Positions 24,733-38,771 of a stretch of 64,000 nt of DNA are shown in pieces. The notes beneath the pieces were generated by a model. That model had not been told where the DNA came from. It made no database searches and was given only the letters and a program-made list of their open reading frames with translations. Source of the stretch: Octopus vulgaris (lineage: Eukaryota); NCBI GenBank assembly GCA_951406725.2, contig OX597817.1, positions 92,814,001 through 92,878,000 on the forward strand, read 5' to 3'. Both the position numbers and the translations under genes were made by a program. Position 1 is the stretch's first letter; each line of letters starts with the position of its first letter.

Positions 24733-25842
24733 GTGTGCATTATGTGGTCGGTTGTGCTGAAAATATGCACACCTATGTTAAATATGCTGGCGAGTTTGCA
24801 TGACAACTATTTTTTTTTCAAATGAAAGGCGTGACCTCTGGGACAAAATTCCTCATCTTATAAAATGTGGCCCGGGTAGACCCGAATGAAATCGGGTTAT
24901 ATTAACCAAAATGTGAAAAGAGGTCTAAATGGGGCTGGAAGGGGATTAAAATTTACAGGAGCGGGTGTTTAAGAATTCTCTGTTACATCAAGCTAAAAAA
25001 TTTGCGCCATCCTTTCTATCGTCAATGTGATGCCGTCCATGATGAAGAAGTTTTGAATGCTTGCCATAGTGAGTCTACTGTCGTGAGAAAGAATCACTTC
25101 AAAGCTTGGTGTTTAGGAACTTGCTTTTACATCAAGTTCAAAATTTTACGCCAGCCGTTAAACTGCCACTACGTTGCTGTCCGTCGTTAAGAAATGCCAG
25201 CCATGGCGACTCTACTAACCTCAGATTCTATCCCTTCAAACTTTGGTTTCCAATATTTTTTTTATTCAGCTCGTAAGTTCGTCTGTCCCTTTTAAATGTT
25301 AGTGTTTTGCTGTCTGCCTTGAAGCAGACCGTTCCGTTGTTACTGCCTGATATTTATGATTGATCTTTCAAAATATTTTTCTTTCTCAACTTACTCAAGA
25401 TCTTTTGTTGTTTATAAATGGGAGAGAGATAGATAGAGAAAGATAGAGAGTAAGAGAAAGCTAGGGAGAGTCTGAGAGAAAGGAAGAGTAAGAGAGTGGG
25501 AAAGTGAGAGAATAAGGAGAGAGAAACATTGAGGGAGAATGCGGTGATAAAAACAGAAAGGAAGCAACAGAAAGTAAGAACCACACTCTTACTCGCGCGT
25601 AGAGCGGGTCACCTTTGCGAAAAGTTTGTTTGTTTGGTTTTGGTTTCTCTCGGACTCTCCCTAGCTATCTCTATCTACCTCTCTCCCATGTTTAAACAAC
25701 AAAAGATCTTGAGTAAGTTGAGAAAGAACAATATTTTGAAAGATCAATCATAAATATCAGGCAGTAACAACCAAACAAAGGAAGCAACAGAAAGTAACAA
25801 CCACACTCTTACCCGCACGTAGAGCGGGTCACCTTCATATAG
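24505..25842 (+). mobile_element. Probable non-autonomous Helitron in intron 1, with internal inversion
   Basis: TCTATAAAT..gtctgtttgtctg start; 3' hairpin cccgc-acgtaga-gcggg followed by ATAG|T (CTAG-like); IR 25338-25480/25645-25772. Confidence 0.45.
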
Positions 25843-26654
25843 TTCTTTATATTTCATAAGAAATCATAACTTTTTATAAGTTCAAAGAAATCGTAGCATA
25901 TAAACAGAAAGATTTTGTAGACAGCATTTGATAGTAGGTGGAAACGCGTGGCTTAGTGGTTAGGGTGTCGGCATCATGATCGTAAGATTGTGGTTTCGAT
26001 TGCTGGACCGGGCGACGCGTTGTGTTCTTGAGCAAAACACTTCATTTCACGTTGCGTCCAGTCAACAGAGCTGGCAAAAATGAAGAACGCTGTGATCGAC
26101 TGGCGTCCCGTCCAGCTGGGTAACACATACGCCATAGAAACCGGGAAACCGGGTCCATAAGCCTTGCTAGGCTTTAAATGGGCGCATTTATTTTATTTGA
26201 TAGGATAAAGCGTGTATTGCTTTGCCAAAAGTTCATTAGAAATGATAATTATTTATAAGGACTTTAGAGGAATGATCACAATATGCCCATTCCCCAGTAA
26301 AAACACACAGACACACAAAGAAGAAGCACACACATATACACACGCAATACAATTCCAACAATCACAACAAAAACTCACAGGTACACACATACACAAATAC
26401 ACCAGCACGTAGACGCACACACCGCACAGAAAAATAACACATGTACATAGACACACATGCACACACACCCGAAAAATACATGAACCTCACCTACATACAC
26501 ACACACACGCACACACAAACGCATACCCAGTATAAATACGCACAGTATGTACACACATACACACACACACACACATACACACCATCCTGATAAGCGTAAC
26601 ACACAAGGACATACACACATATATATTATTATTACTATTATTAATATTATTATT

Positions 26655-27270
26655 CAGTAGTTTTATTTTTATAGCGTGCTTTCACTTCACTACCGAGCGC
26701 AGCTCTGTGTGCCTTGGGTATGTGCTGTGATTTGTTGTGATTGCTCTGATGGTTATTGTATGGAAAGTGTTCTGCGTAGGATGTGTGCAGTGCCTAGTAG
26801 TGCAATGTTCTGTATGTTATATGTGTTTGTAAGTCCTGGTGTTTTTGTTATGTATTTGTCTGAATATTTTTTATCATGCCTAATGCACCTACTATGATAG
26901 AAATTGTTTCTGTTTTTAGATTCCACATTCTGGTTACCTCTATTTCCAGGTCTTTGTATTTTGGGAGTTTCTCCATTTCTTTTAGAGACACGTTGTCATC
27001 AGCCGGTATTGATACATCAATTAGAAAGCATTTTTTTCTTCATGATCTTTGACAACTATATCTGGTCTGTTGGCCTTAATTTCTCTATCTGTGTGTATCG
27101 GCATATCCCAGAGTATGGTTGCTTTCTCGTTTTCTGTGACCTTTTCTGGTGTGTGCCTGTACCATCTTTTTTCTGTTGTTATTCCATAATGTTGGCATAG
27201 CTTCCAATGTATGTAGGTTCCAACTCTGTCATGTCTGTGAATATATTCCTTCTTAGCCAGGACTGGGCTA
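26655..27270 (-). mobile_element. R4/Dong-like LINE 3' fragment (second subfamily)
   Basis: TILWDMPIHTDREIKANRPDIVVKD..LIDVSIP..KYKDLEIE..IIVGALG..GTAHILRRTLS*. Confidence 0.85.
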
Positions 27271-27271
27271 A

Positions 27272-27304
<33 letters not shown>

Positions 27305-27306
<2 letters not shown>

Positions 27307-28166
27307 TATGTTTGACTTTTGCTTTATATTTGTACAAGTTGGCTCCAAGTCTCACCCAGAGACCTCAAGAGACAACAGGGTTGGAAGTTCATGTTGTTGT
27401 TATGCCTAGTGTGCCATATATTTGGGGGGTGGGGGTGTTGTACTAATGAATGTCTAAAAAAAAATTTTTTTTTTTTTTTTAAACCGAAAATTATGTTTGT
27501 TTTAAACCTTGAGATTACATAGAAAGTATTTTGCGTAGGATATGAGCAGTTCCCATGAGCACTATCTTTTGAATTTCTGCCATTTTTGGGTTTCCTGGTA
27601 TCTGAGTTAGGTAGCTATCTGCCCCTTTTGCTATCATTCCCAGGGCACCTATGACAACAGGTATTGTTTTAGTCTTCAGCTTCCACATTTTGCTGATTTC
27701 TATTTCAAGATCTTTATATTTGCTCATATTTTGGTAGGTCTTGAAAGATACGTTTATATCGATTGGGACAGTTATATCAATGAGGAGGCATGTTCTTTGT
27801 TTGAAGTCTTTCAATATGATGTCTGGCCTATTTGCATCTATCTTTCTGTCAGTTTGAATGGTGAAGTTCCAGAGGAGTGAGATGTGGTCATTTTCAAGCA
27901 CTGGGGGTGGTTTGTGTTCCCACCAGTTTTTTTCATGGGGCAAATCCAGGTTTTTACAGATTACCCAGTGAATATATTGTGCAGCTCTATCGTGCCTGTT
28001 GAGATACTCTGTAGGCGCTAGAAGACTGCACTTGGAGACCACATGGTCAATGGTTTCATTTTGTTGCTTGCATACACGACACGTTGGACTGCTTCTGATC
28101 TTTAATATGTTGGCCTGGTAGTTTCTTGTTGGTAGGCATTGATCTTGAGCTGCTATGATAAACCCC

Positions 28167-28168
<2 letters not shown>
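27305..28168 (-). mobile_element. R4/Dong-like LINE 3' fragment (CCHC knuckle plus PD-(D/E)xK endonuclease) in (TAA)n
   Basis: AAQDQ..CRVC..ETIDHVVSKC..RHD..NRPDIILKD..LIDITVP..KYKDL; ATT repeats on both flanks. Confidence 0.9.
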
Positions 28169-28224
<56 letters not shown>

Positions 28225-28704
28225 CATTAGTATTAATATTATTATTATTAAACGGCAAAACGTCAGAAAAATATCAGAAACTATCTGCTACTCAAATGTT
28301 TCATGCACACGATCGTCGCATAGTTTACTTTGAGAATTTGAGAATATTAGATTCTCAGTCTAAACCGTCAGACGAGCGAGAACGTGAAACTCTGAATAGC
28401 AGGTTTTTTCTGCTGTTTTTGCAGCTTTAATAATACTAAAGCATATTACTCTACCTCCGGTTTGCCAGTGCTATATTTTAAATATTAAATGACCATTCTC
28501 TATTAATATTTACTTTTCAATATTTCATTTGCTCAATCAGACAATCAATACTTCATTTCATTTCTTTCTTATTATATATTCTATATCCTATATTAATATT
28601 AAAAGAATATAAATAAAACATAGACAGAGTCGGAATTCCTTTGAGTAATCTATTCTTCTATACACAAACATACAAACCCCTTTGTATATATATATATATA
28701 TGTG

Positions 28705-28760
<56 letters not shown>

Positions 28761-28767
28761 AGTGCGT

Positions 28768-29146
28768 AGATGTGCAATGGCCCTGTGGATACGACAGCGG
28801 ACTCGTGGTCGTAGAATCGCGGTTTCGATTCCAGGCGTTGTGCGTGTTTTTTGAGCGAAAACAGCTAAAGCTCCACGACGTTCCGTACTCTTTCACCACA
28901 ACTTTCGCACTGCTGTACTCTTTCACCACAACTTTCTCACACTCTTCCTTCTTGTTTCTGTTTTACCTGTATTTCAAAGGGCCAGCTTTATCACACTCTG
29001 TGTCACGCTGAATCTTCCCGAGAACTACGTTGAGGCCACACGTCTGTGTGAAGTGCTCACCCACTTGCATGTTAATTTCACGAGGAGGCTGTTATGTTAC
29101 TCGGATCAACTGGAACCCTCGACGTCGTAACCGACGGAGTTCCACG
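28768..29146 (+). mobile_element. tRNA-derived SINE
   Basis: Homologous to 14005-14390. Confidence 0.8.
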
Positions 29147-29170
29147 ATATATATATATATATATATATAT

Positions 29171-29273
<103 letters not shown>

Positions 29274-29386
29274 TCGTGTTGGTGATTTAAAGTAAATTGC
29301 ATTAACCCAACCGTTGATAAATTTAACAAAATAAATAACTAGAAAGTACCAGAAATGAAAAATGTAGAGCAGTATAATTTACTTAC

Positions 29387-29444
29387 ATTTGTAGCTATTC
29401 ACACATGAAAGAGCTATTATTACTAGTAACAATTGGTACAGCAT
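29387..29444 (-). CDS. Exon 1 (signal peptide MLYQLLLVIIALSCVNS-YK) of the Cys-repeat gene
   Basis: gccgtcATG context and hydrophobic core. The donor T|gtaagt is phase 1 and joins AC of exon 2 to make Tyr in frame. TATA box upstream; conserved in the paralogous copy. Confidence 0.82.
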
Positions 29445-29533
29445 GACGGCCAGTTTCTTTCAGCCTGCGGGAGTTTGGTGACAGTTGGTTTCCGAAACAA
29501 GGACAAGTTTGACAAACGTCTCAGAAAAAACTC

Positions 29534-29541
29534 TTTATATA
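29534..29541 (-). promoter_or_regulatory. TATA box
   Basis: TATATAAA about 90 nt upstream of the ATG; TATAAAA at the equivalent position of the duplicate (about 62148-62155). Confidence 0.65.
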
Positions 29542-31379
29542 ATGCTTAATAAACGTGATCAATTGCATGAAGAAAAGAAAAACAACAAATGATTTAGCTG
29601 AATATTCACATCAACTCAATATATAAAAATAACATATCTACCCACCACCCAAGGTAATCTATTTAAAAATGGGTGGATCTTTTCCCTTGTTATGTTTTAC
29701 AAATGCATTCAATATTAAATGATGTTAAACTCACGTGTTACTTAATGTGTTCACAGACAGTTAAGCGGTTATAAATTAATTATTGAAGTATACAATACAC
29801 TTATACAGTGAAAGACAAATGACTCTCTTCCAGTTTTCATACAACTCCTGGGAACATTTTTTCAAACACTGCGGACATTAAAAACTCACGCCCAACTCGA
29901 AGAGAATAATTTAGTTTTGGTACAAATGTCTTTTCACAAGTAAATCAAAGACAGCAGTTTCATTTTTAAGGAATGTTGTTTTTGTTGAACAGAATTTTAA
30001 CTGAACACTTTTATATCAACAATAATTGTGCCTAAAACCATCTTCTGAAATAGAATTCTAGGATATATTTTTTATATTGCCATCATGATTTGTACCATAT
30101 TCTCAGGTTTCAAGCTCTACACTATCCCCTGTCAGTTTGTAGGTAATCTTTTCTTTTTTTGTTTAGACTGCGTGACTGCACAGAAACAGATTCAGAAATT
30201 ATTCCAATATATATGCTGCTAGTTTAGAATTCCTTCCTTTCTCAATAATTACATTTTTTTTTTCTATGAACACACTGAACCAGGGTTCAATCATTAGTTT
30301 TCTCATGTACTGAGATTATTAACTAAAATCTTTTCTTTTACTATCTATCCAAACAACTGTATATAGGGCATAGGATCATAACTAACATTTTCTAACATTT
30401 CCTCAGTACCTAACATGTATTCAATATACCTAACATTTCTTCAATATCCATTAGATGTCCATGTGGGAGAACAGTACCTCCGAAAATGTTCATCATTTAC
30501 TTCTTTGTCTTCCTTTACATTAGTGATGGTCTTTTGTATATCTTATCATTAATATAATATTGATATACTTCTATATATTCGACATAGGTTGTTTCTGATA
30601 TCTCTACATAATCACTATATACTGTTTACAATAACTATGTATTGTAAATACCTGAAGATGCAGTTAGGGTGTTAAACTTTACATTATTGGCCTGTTGTAA
30701 ACCTTGAGCAAGATGAAGACCATTTTGTATATTGTCTTGTGTCTTCGTCTCTCTTTTCATTTGCCATGCCTACAAAAGTTGGCGATCGTGCGCATCCATG
30801 CCTTCATGTCCCACACACAATTTAGCATGTCATTCAGCCACACATTTTAATGCCATTTGGTAAGGATATCAGTTATCTACTCTCTGTTTTTCCTAGACTC
30901 TTCCACCGTTTAGTTCTTCGACAGTAATCTAATGCCTAAGTCAGTTTAGTTTCCATTCTCCCTAATGAAGTGAGCTATTTTCCCTTTTATGTTATTAAGA
31001 TAACGTATGTGCATAAGTGTCTTTGCATGTGTGTGTGTTTGTGCGTGTGTGTGTTTGTGTGTGTGTGTGTGTGTGTGCATATATAGCGTCATCGGACTAA
31101 ATTTGACGAATTTTCCATGTGTCCTTATCTTCAGGAACAAGTCACAATATAGGTAATCAGTGAATGGCAATGCAAAGCTTAAAGAGTAATAATTTCCTTG
31201 TGAAAAAGTTACCTGATATAGGGGACAATATACACGAGGCATATATATATGTGTGTGTGAGTGTTCCTGAAAGTTGTTTTTTATATTTTCTACAAACTGC
31301 TTCAAGCTCACTTTCTTCATACATATCAATACTTGGACCTTACGTTTATAGCCTTAGTTAAGCTTTATATAAAATAAAG

Positions 31380-31581
31380 CAACGGGGAACCAGAGTGTGT
31401 GGGTAAAAGATTTATTTAGTTACATTTAATGAAACACATGAGGGTGAGAGCCGTCGGTGAACTCGTGCTTCGGAGAAGTCCCGCCTAACCGGAAGTCAAC
31501 TTCACTGTCGACCAGCTAACTAGCTAGCTCGTAGCGAAGGTCCTATTTACAATTCGTCCGTCATAAGTCGTTGGCAGTGCC

Positions 31582-31586
<5 letters not shown>
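31380..31586 (-). mobile_element. Relic LTR with adjacent PBS-like sequence
   Basis: Minus strand TGTAGGG...AATAAA...CCCACACA then TGGTTCCCCG. Confidence 0.5.
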
Positions 31587-31634
<48 letters not shown>

Positions 31635-31739
31635 GAAAGGTTTCGATAACTTTGGATGGTTCCAAATCAGCGATTTCTAACAAATATTCTTCATATTCTG
31701 CTTGTAGCTTACTGGCATAAGTTTGCGAATATGAAAATA

Positions 31740-31938
31740 GTACTTATATATAGTGTGTTATGAGAATTAATGGAGAGGTAGGTATCCTATAGATCTCAAC
31801 TAATTTGTTAAAAAAGGAGAAGAGAAGATTAATTTTAATTCTTTCAAATTGTAGCATATTAACTTCTCCTTTAACAAATTTGTTGAGTTTTATGGGATAC
31901 GTTTCCATAAATTCTCATAACACACCATGTACAAGTAT

Positions 31939-31940
<2 letters not shown>
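31740..31940. mobile_element. MITE-like imperfect fold-back
   Basis: gtgttatgagaatt..tttgttaaa..ggagaag versus cttctcctttaacaaa..aattctcataacac. Confidence 0.6.
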
Positions 31941-32003
<63 letters not shown>

Positions 32004-32054
32004 TAAAACGTAACAGAGTCGAAAGAAGAGTAAGTACGGTTAGGCAACTTTTTA

Positions 32055-32185
32055 ATCGCAACAAATGTTTCGATACATACAGATCCTCGAATATACGGGA
32101 TTTAAAGTTAAGTTTAGTTTAAATTAAATTACGTAAAGGTTTACCTGCCTGTATAAGAAGATCTATATGTATCACCTCAGGCGAT
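32055..32185 (-). ncRNA. Hammerhead-like motif with 14-bp stem II, one core substitution
   Basis: atcgc CTGAGGT gatacatatagatc..gatctgtatgtatc GAAA catttg TT gcgat. Confidence 0.55.
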
Positions 32186-34421
32186 ACTTAGTTGCTGTCT
32201 CTTATATGTTCTTAACAGAACACACCTCACCTATATATATATATATATATTAGCGTTATGTATATATGTGTATATATATGTGTACATATTACATGTATAT
32301 CTATATATATATACATCTACACATAAAATACAAAATTATATCTTGATATCGCTAGTGATAACAATACTCAAAATATATAACAGACTGGAATTGTAGGCCC
32401 GTCTCTTGCAATTTCGATCAATTGTATCTTGTCCTCCCTCTTGTATAGAAGTGTAGCTACAATCCAGCCTGCCTCTACTTCTGGGGGGACATTTTAAATT
32501 TTTATCCGGGACGTCCCACGTCCCAGATATAAAGGTAAAAATAAAATATTTCCACTTTGCAAGGTTCGAGTCGAGTACTCCCTTGCACGCTCCGTTGACT
32601 CGAACCTTGCTTCTATTGTGGCGAATAGAAGCCTCTGGTTAGATATCTTTCATAGTCGCACCAAGACACACATTTCGATGGTGCTTTCCTCCAGGTGTTC
32701 AAATCTTTTTTTTCTCTACATTTTATACTTTATAGACAATAGTCTTTTCTTTAATTTAATTTTTTATTTCGTTTGGTGGTGTTATCCGAGATCCACCGTC
32801 TTTGTCGGTGATCAATCCGAAATAGGTTTGTATTTCTTCCATTTTAATTTTTATGAGTTCGCCGCCCGCCGACGGCTGCAGCGAAATTCATTTTTGGACT
32901 TTCTTCTATCGAAGACATTTTAACAAAAATTCTTCCGTGTAAACAGTGAAAATATTGTCAATTCCCCCAAACAGGGACACAATTCAATTTTTAAACAATA
33001 ACCAAAGCTCCTTTTCCCAAAGGGGGAGGGTTACGGTTAACAATTTTTTAACAAATGCAACACAACAACGCTTCCCTTACGAGGAACCAACAAACGGGAT
33101 AATAGTTAAACAGTAATAATAATACCAAAAAAACCGTACGGTGAATCAAAAGTAGTACTCAGTTGAAGCTATAGTCCTTTATGGATCAGAAATAAACCAA
33201 CAGCAGTACTCACTAGAAGCATCTGTTCGAGAAAACAGACATTACATACAGCTAAACTTCATATAGATACTTAATGCTAGCTAATTAGCAAATAATCTAA
33301 TGTAAAAGCCGTGCACAGCTCCATCTGAACTATTCCATTTCTGCACTAAAATTTTATTTTTTATTTATTCCCATTCATGTGAAACCACTTATTCAAGTTC
33401 AAATCATTGATGCAATTTTATACCAATTGCTACTTTTACTTTTAATTGTTATGTTACGATTTAATTATTATATTATACTTTAGTTTGATTTTAATTATTA
33501 CTTACTACATATAATTCAATTGTTATTATTATTTTTATTGTTAAAGTGAAAGTATCTGACATAAAATAGAGAGATGTTTTTGTTTCACTCTTAACACGTA
33601 ATACTGAAATAGTGGAGAAGATATGATATTGCTATGGGTGCGCTCTAGGCAAGAAGTTGAACATTTCTTTGCCCATGACACTCCCCGGACACTAAGTAAG
33701 GCATGAAATTGGTTGTGTAGTTCTCAAGTTTTAGGGAAACACACAGACAGACATAGACAGACACACATTCTCAGTTTTGTATATTTATATATATATATAT
33801 ATATTTTTTCTTCTACACTTTTTTTTACTTGTTTCAGTCATTTGATTGCGGTCATGCTGGAGCGTCGCCTTTAGTCGAGCAAATCGACCCCAGGTCATAT
33901 TCTTTGTAAGCCTAGTACTTATTCTATCAGTCTTTTTGCTGAACCGCTACGTTACGTGGGCGTAAACACACCACCATTGGTTGTCAAGCGATGTTGGGGG
34001 ACAAACACAAACACACAAACAGATACACACACACATACATATATATATACATATATAAAACGGGCTTCTTTCAATTTCTGCCTCCAAATTCCACTCACAA
34101 GGCTTTGGTCGGCCTGAGGCTATAGTAGAAGACGCATGCCCAAGGTGCCATGCAGTGGGAATGAACCCGGAACCATGTGGTTATTAAGCAAGCTACTTAC
34201 CACAAAGCCACATCTGCGCCTATTATATATCGCCATTATAGATCGCAGGCCACTACACATTCTTTATTTTCTCACCTTGTTTCTTTCTGTGTTCCTTTCT
34301 GTGGAAGAGAGTAGGCTCGAAACGCTAAAGACTTTTTCACTTCCCGAGCGTTATACTAATATATCTGTTTGTTGTCTACACCACCTGTCTTTTTTCTTTT
34401 GTTTTTTTTGTGAATTCTCCT

Positions 34422-34507
<86 letters not shown>

Positions 34508-34519
34508 CATATATGTATA

Positions 34520-36325
34520 ATATATAAATTAGAGAAAAACCGCTATTATATAATTCAAACATTGATAGTCATAAACCGTATCATATAGAAAAAATATATA
34601 TATTATAAACATATAACTATATCACAAAATGTATAAAAATGAATAAATAATATATAAGTAAAAAGACTACGTACGTTTCGTGGTTATAACTTCAATACGA
34701 ATTACAACTAAAGTTAAATTTAATCGAAAAACAATTCAATTTAAAAGTATAGTTACTCCTCAGGTCAACAATAATAACAATAATAGATAAATAAACAATC
34801 AAGTATTAAGTGTGATTGATTTGTAAAATAGTTTGTAACGTAAAATATTAGAGTATAGATAGTGAAAAGTTATTATTTTTTTGTACTATTGAATTTAATA
34901 ATAATAATATGCACTTTTTTCACAAGTAAATTTAAGAACGCTATGTTATACGTTGTCAGTTTTTAAATATCTTCGAAAAGATAAGTATACAATTTATACG
35001 CTTATCGACTTTTAAAAAATATTGTCTTCTTATATTTTTATTTTTGTTTTTTGTTAATTATAATTTAGATACGTATATTTATTTAATTATTCTTACTTTT
35101 ACCATTTATTATATGTGAACTATGATGTAAAATCTTTAAGTGTGGTTGCTTTGTGAAACAGTTTGTAACATAAAATATTATAGTATAGTATAGGCAGTGA
35201 AAAGTTTTTTTTGTAGTATTGAATTTAATTATAATATGTACTTTCGTTATTCCCTTAATCAGCGAAATATTAGATCTAGATATATAAACGCTAAGTTATA
35301 CGTTTTAATTTAAAATATTTTTAGTTCATAAATATCTTTGAAAAAATAAGCATAGATTATATTTAAGAAATGATGGTGAAGTTTATATTATAATTGATTA
35401 AAAAGTATGTATTTCAAATTTTTTATTTGTTAAATATAATTTAAGATACGTATTTTTATTTAATTATTCTTATTATTATAATTATTATATATGAACTAAA
35501 ATCTAAAAGTATTATTTGCATTTGTTTTGTGAAATATAGCATAGTTAGTAAAAGTTTTTTTTTTCATTATATACTATTGAATTTAATAATATAATAAGTA
35601 CTTTGTTTATTTTATCAATGAGTGAAATATTAGTTCTAGACATAAATTAATTTACTTACATAATAAGTTTAAATTATTTGTGAATATATTGTTGAAATAT
35701 ATACAAAATATTATTGTAGGGTTGTCGCTGCAAAGTTATGATATATTATAAGTCTATACATGTTTTTATAGAGTTTAGTACATAGTTAGTTTCTGATAAA
35801 ATTAGATGTTTATTTTATTAATAAAATACATAATTTATTTAATTAATAAATATAGATTAAATAAATATAGATTAAATTATAGTAATTTAGCTTAACTTAA
35901 GTACATGATTTATTTTAAGTATTAGACTCATATTTTTCCGGTAAAGATATACCATAGTTTGTTAATATTATTCTCAAAGCTAAAATATATCTTCACAGAT
36001 AAAATACTGTTTTCTGTCTATTTACTCTATTTTTTTACCTTAGGTTTTTAACATGATAAATGTATTAGAGACACCTGGTCCTACTTATTAAGTTTCAAAT
36101 TTAGTTAACTGAGTTTCTTCAATAAGAAAAATCATGTTTTTATTTCTTTAAGAAATATTGTTTAATTCTATTTGATTATTTATTTAATTATTATTGTTAT
36201 TATTGTTGACCTGAGGGTTGACTATACTTTTAAATTGTATTGTTTTTCGATTAAATGTAAATCTAATTGTAATTCGAATTGAAATTATAGCCACGAAACT
36301 TACGTAGTCTTTTTACTTATTGTAT
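34520..36325. mobile_element. Very AT-rich PLE-derived element with inverted hammerhead-bearing ends and about 330-bp internal tandem repeats
   Basis: 34660-34795 and 36180-36320 are inverted copies containing gac CTGAGG(A/G)..GAAA c(g/t)tacg TA gtc; internal units start at about 34808, 35138 and 35520. Confidence 0.6.
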
Positions 36326-36805
36326 ACTGTATACGTGCTGTATACTGAATCTTCAGTATCTTTACACTGTGTATATATATAATATTAAGGAGTATAACTC
36401 CAAACTTACAGGCAAAAATTCAGTTTAGTATTAAATCAAATTCACAATATAAATATTTATTTCCCCCCACTGTATATTAAAAGGTTTGGGGGTGATGTAC
36501 AGGTATTATATATTAGAAGAAATAAGGTACTCAGAAATCTGGATGGTTTTATATTTACAGAGTTTTATTAATATGTCACATATTTTTATAAATCATATAT
36601 AGCGCTTGCATCTACTCAAGTAGACTCTCCAGATTTGAATGCGTTTGAAAGATTCGCCTCTTTTTATAGTATTATTGAGTGTGTGGGAGTGGGGAGCTAT
36701 ATAGAATAGTAAAAGAGAGTGAGGAGTGGGGAGAAAGTGAGAGACAGAGTGTGTGCATGTGTGTTTTGTGTGTGTGCATGTGTGTTTTGTGTGTGTGCAT
36801 GTGTG

Positions 36806-36850
<45 letters not shown>

Positions 36851-37142
36851 TGTGTGTGTGTGCCTATGTGTCTGAAAGGAGTGTCAATGGAAAAGAGAAG
36901 GAAAGAAAGAAGGAAGAGAGAAAGAAGAAAAATGTGTTTACATCTTTACAGCTGGTCAGTTCTCTCAATAGAAAGTGATGAGTTGATTCTTGGCCTTTAA
37001 AAATGGCAAAACCCGGTGGCTACTCTAAGGAGGGGTCTTGATAAAAGTTATTTCTAAAAAAATTGTCTGGTTTTATTATCATTGTCATTATCATTGTCCA
37101 GTGAGAGAGTGTGTGTGTGTGTGTGTGTTTCTGTGCGTGTGT

Positions 37143-37178
<36 letters not shown>

Positions 37179-37340
37179 CTGAAAGAAGTGTCGATGGAAA
37201 AGAGAAGGAAAGAAAGAAGGAAGAAAGGAAGAAGAAAATATTGTGTCTGTATCTAAACAGCTGTTCAGTTCTTTCAATAGAAGATGACAAGTTGGTCAAT
37301 AAAAGTTATTTTTCAAAACATTGTCTGGATTTATCATCAG

Positions 37341-37407
<67 letters not shown>

Positions 37408-38474
37408 TTTGTCCAATGTTTGATTCCTCGTGCTGGTATGGGTTGTAAAATCTGGATGTAAGATTGTTTCTATTTATGTATATGTACATATGTAAAGTAC
37501 TATACTAAAATATGTATATATATATATGTATATATAAATTATTTTCTTTGCTAAACCTCGCTAAGATAAGTATTTATTTATATTTAAGATCTTCAAATTG
37601 TAAATTTTAATATTGTATAAGTCTTTGGTGTAATAATATTTTCCTTATGTAAATATCGTTGTTTATGTAATGATCTAATTATCGTAATTTTCTGTATCAT
37701 TAGATATTAAATTTAAATTTATTCGTAAGATACTACTTAGCGATAGATTTGTTATTTGATAGCAAGCATACGAGGTGTATTAAGTTAGGCATTTGTATAT
37801 ACATGTTTTAATAGTATTAATTGTAGTTTTAAATTTATAATTAAATTAGATAAACTTTGATAAACTTAGATATGTTTCGACTAAAGATTGGTCCAGGCCA
37901 TGTCTAATTTAATAGCATAACTTAGTTATTTCTTTAAATTGATATTCGCTAGTTATTCCTATTGATAATTATATTTATAGTATTTATAGTATTTATTCGA
38001 TACTATATTACTAAGAATTGATTATTTCTATAAGTATTTTACATAAGATTTCCGAAAGTTCGTTTAAGTTTGTTTATTTGTATTTTGAAATTAGCTATTT
38101 CATCTTTAAATATGAAAAATTAATTTATTAGGTTTGTATTATATGTGCATATATATTTATTTATAGAGAATATTTTAGATCTTAATATTTATATACATTT
38201 ATATATTTTCATTGATAATTTATATATATTAATCATTTTTAAATATTTATGTAATTAGATATAGACTAATACTGATATTAGATTATTGGTGGGTTTCCTA
38301 CCTTATAAATTAAAATTAATTTTTAACATTATAGTCGTTTTTGATATAATCATAATTGTTAAGTGTTATGTTTCTAGTTTGATAATAGAGTTTATTATAA
38401 GTAAAATTATTATATTATTTATATCTTAAAGATATTGTTTAAATATTTCTGATTATATTTTAGATATTTCAATT

Positions 38475-38543
38475 AACCTGAAGATTGACTGTAACCATAA
38501 CTCGAATTATTACGAATTGTACTGCCATGAAACGATCGTAGTG
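38475..38543 (+). ncRNA. Hammerhead-like motif in PLE pseudo-LTR
   Basis: ac CTGAAGA ttgac..tgccat GAAA cgatcg TA gt; followed by the pLTR end shared with 42975, 43840, 34528 and 46430. Confidence 0.5.
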
Positions 38544-38673
38544 TTTTACTCTTATCCTTTATTAAACTTTTAATACTTTTGATATATATTTAAAATAATA
38601 TAAATTAATTAAGTTTATGTATTGGCTTATGTTTTTCATTGTTTGATTTGCCTAATAGTGGTTTTATCTCTAA

Positions 38674-38771
<98 letters not shown>

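Noticed and set aside
32380-33240. GC-richer segment with hairpin gcaaggttcgagtc..gactcgaaccttgc
   Set aside because: Probably a repeat UTR, but I could not support any termini or coding similarity.
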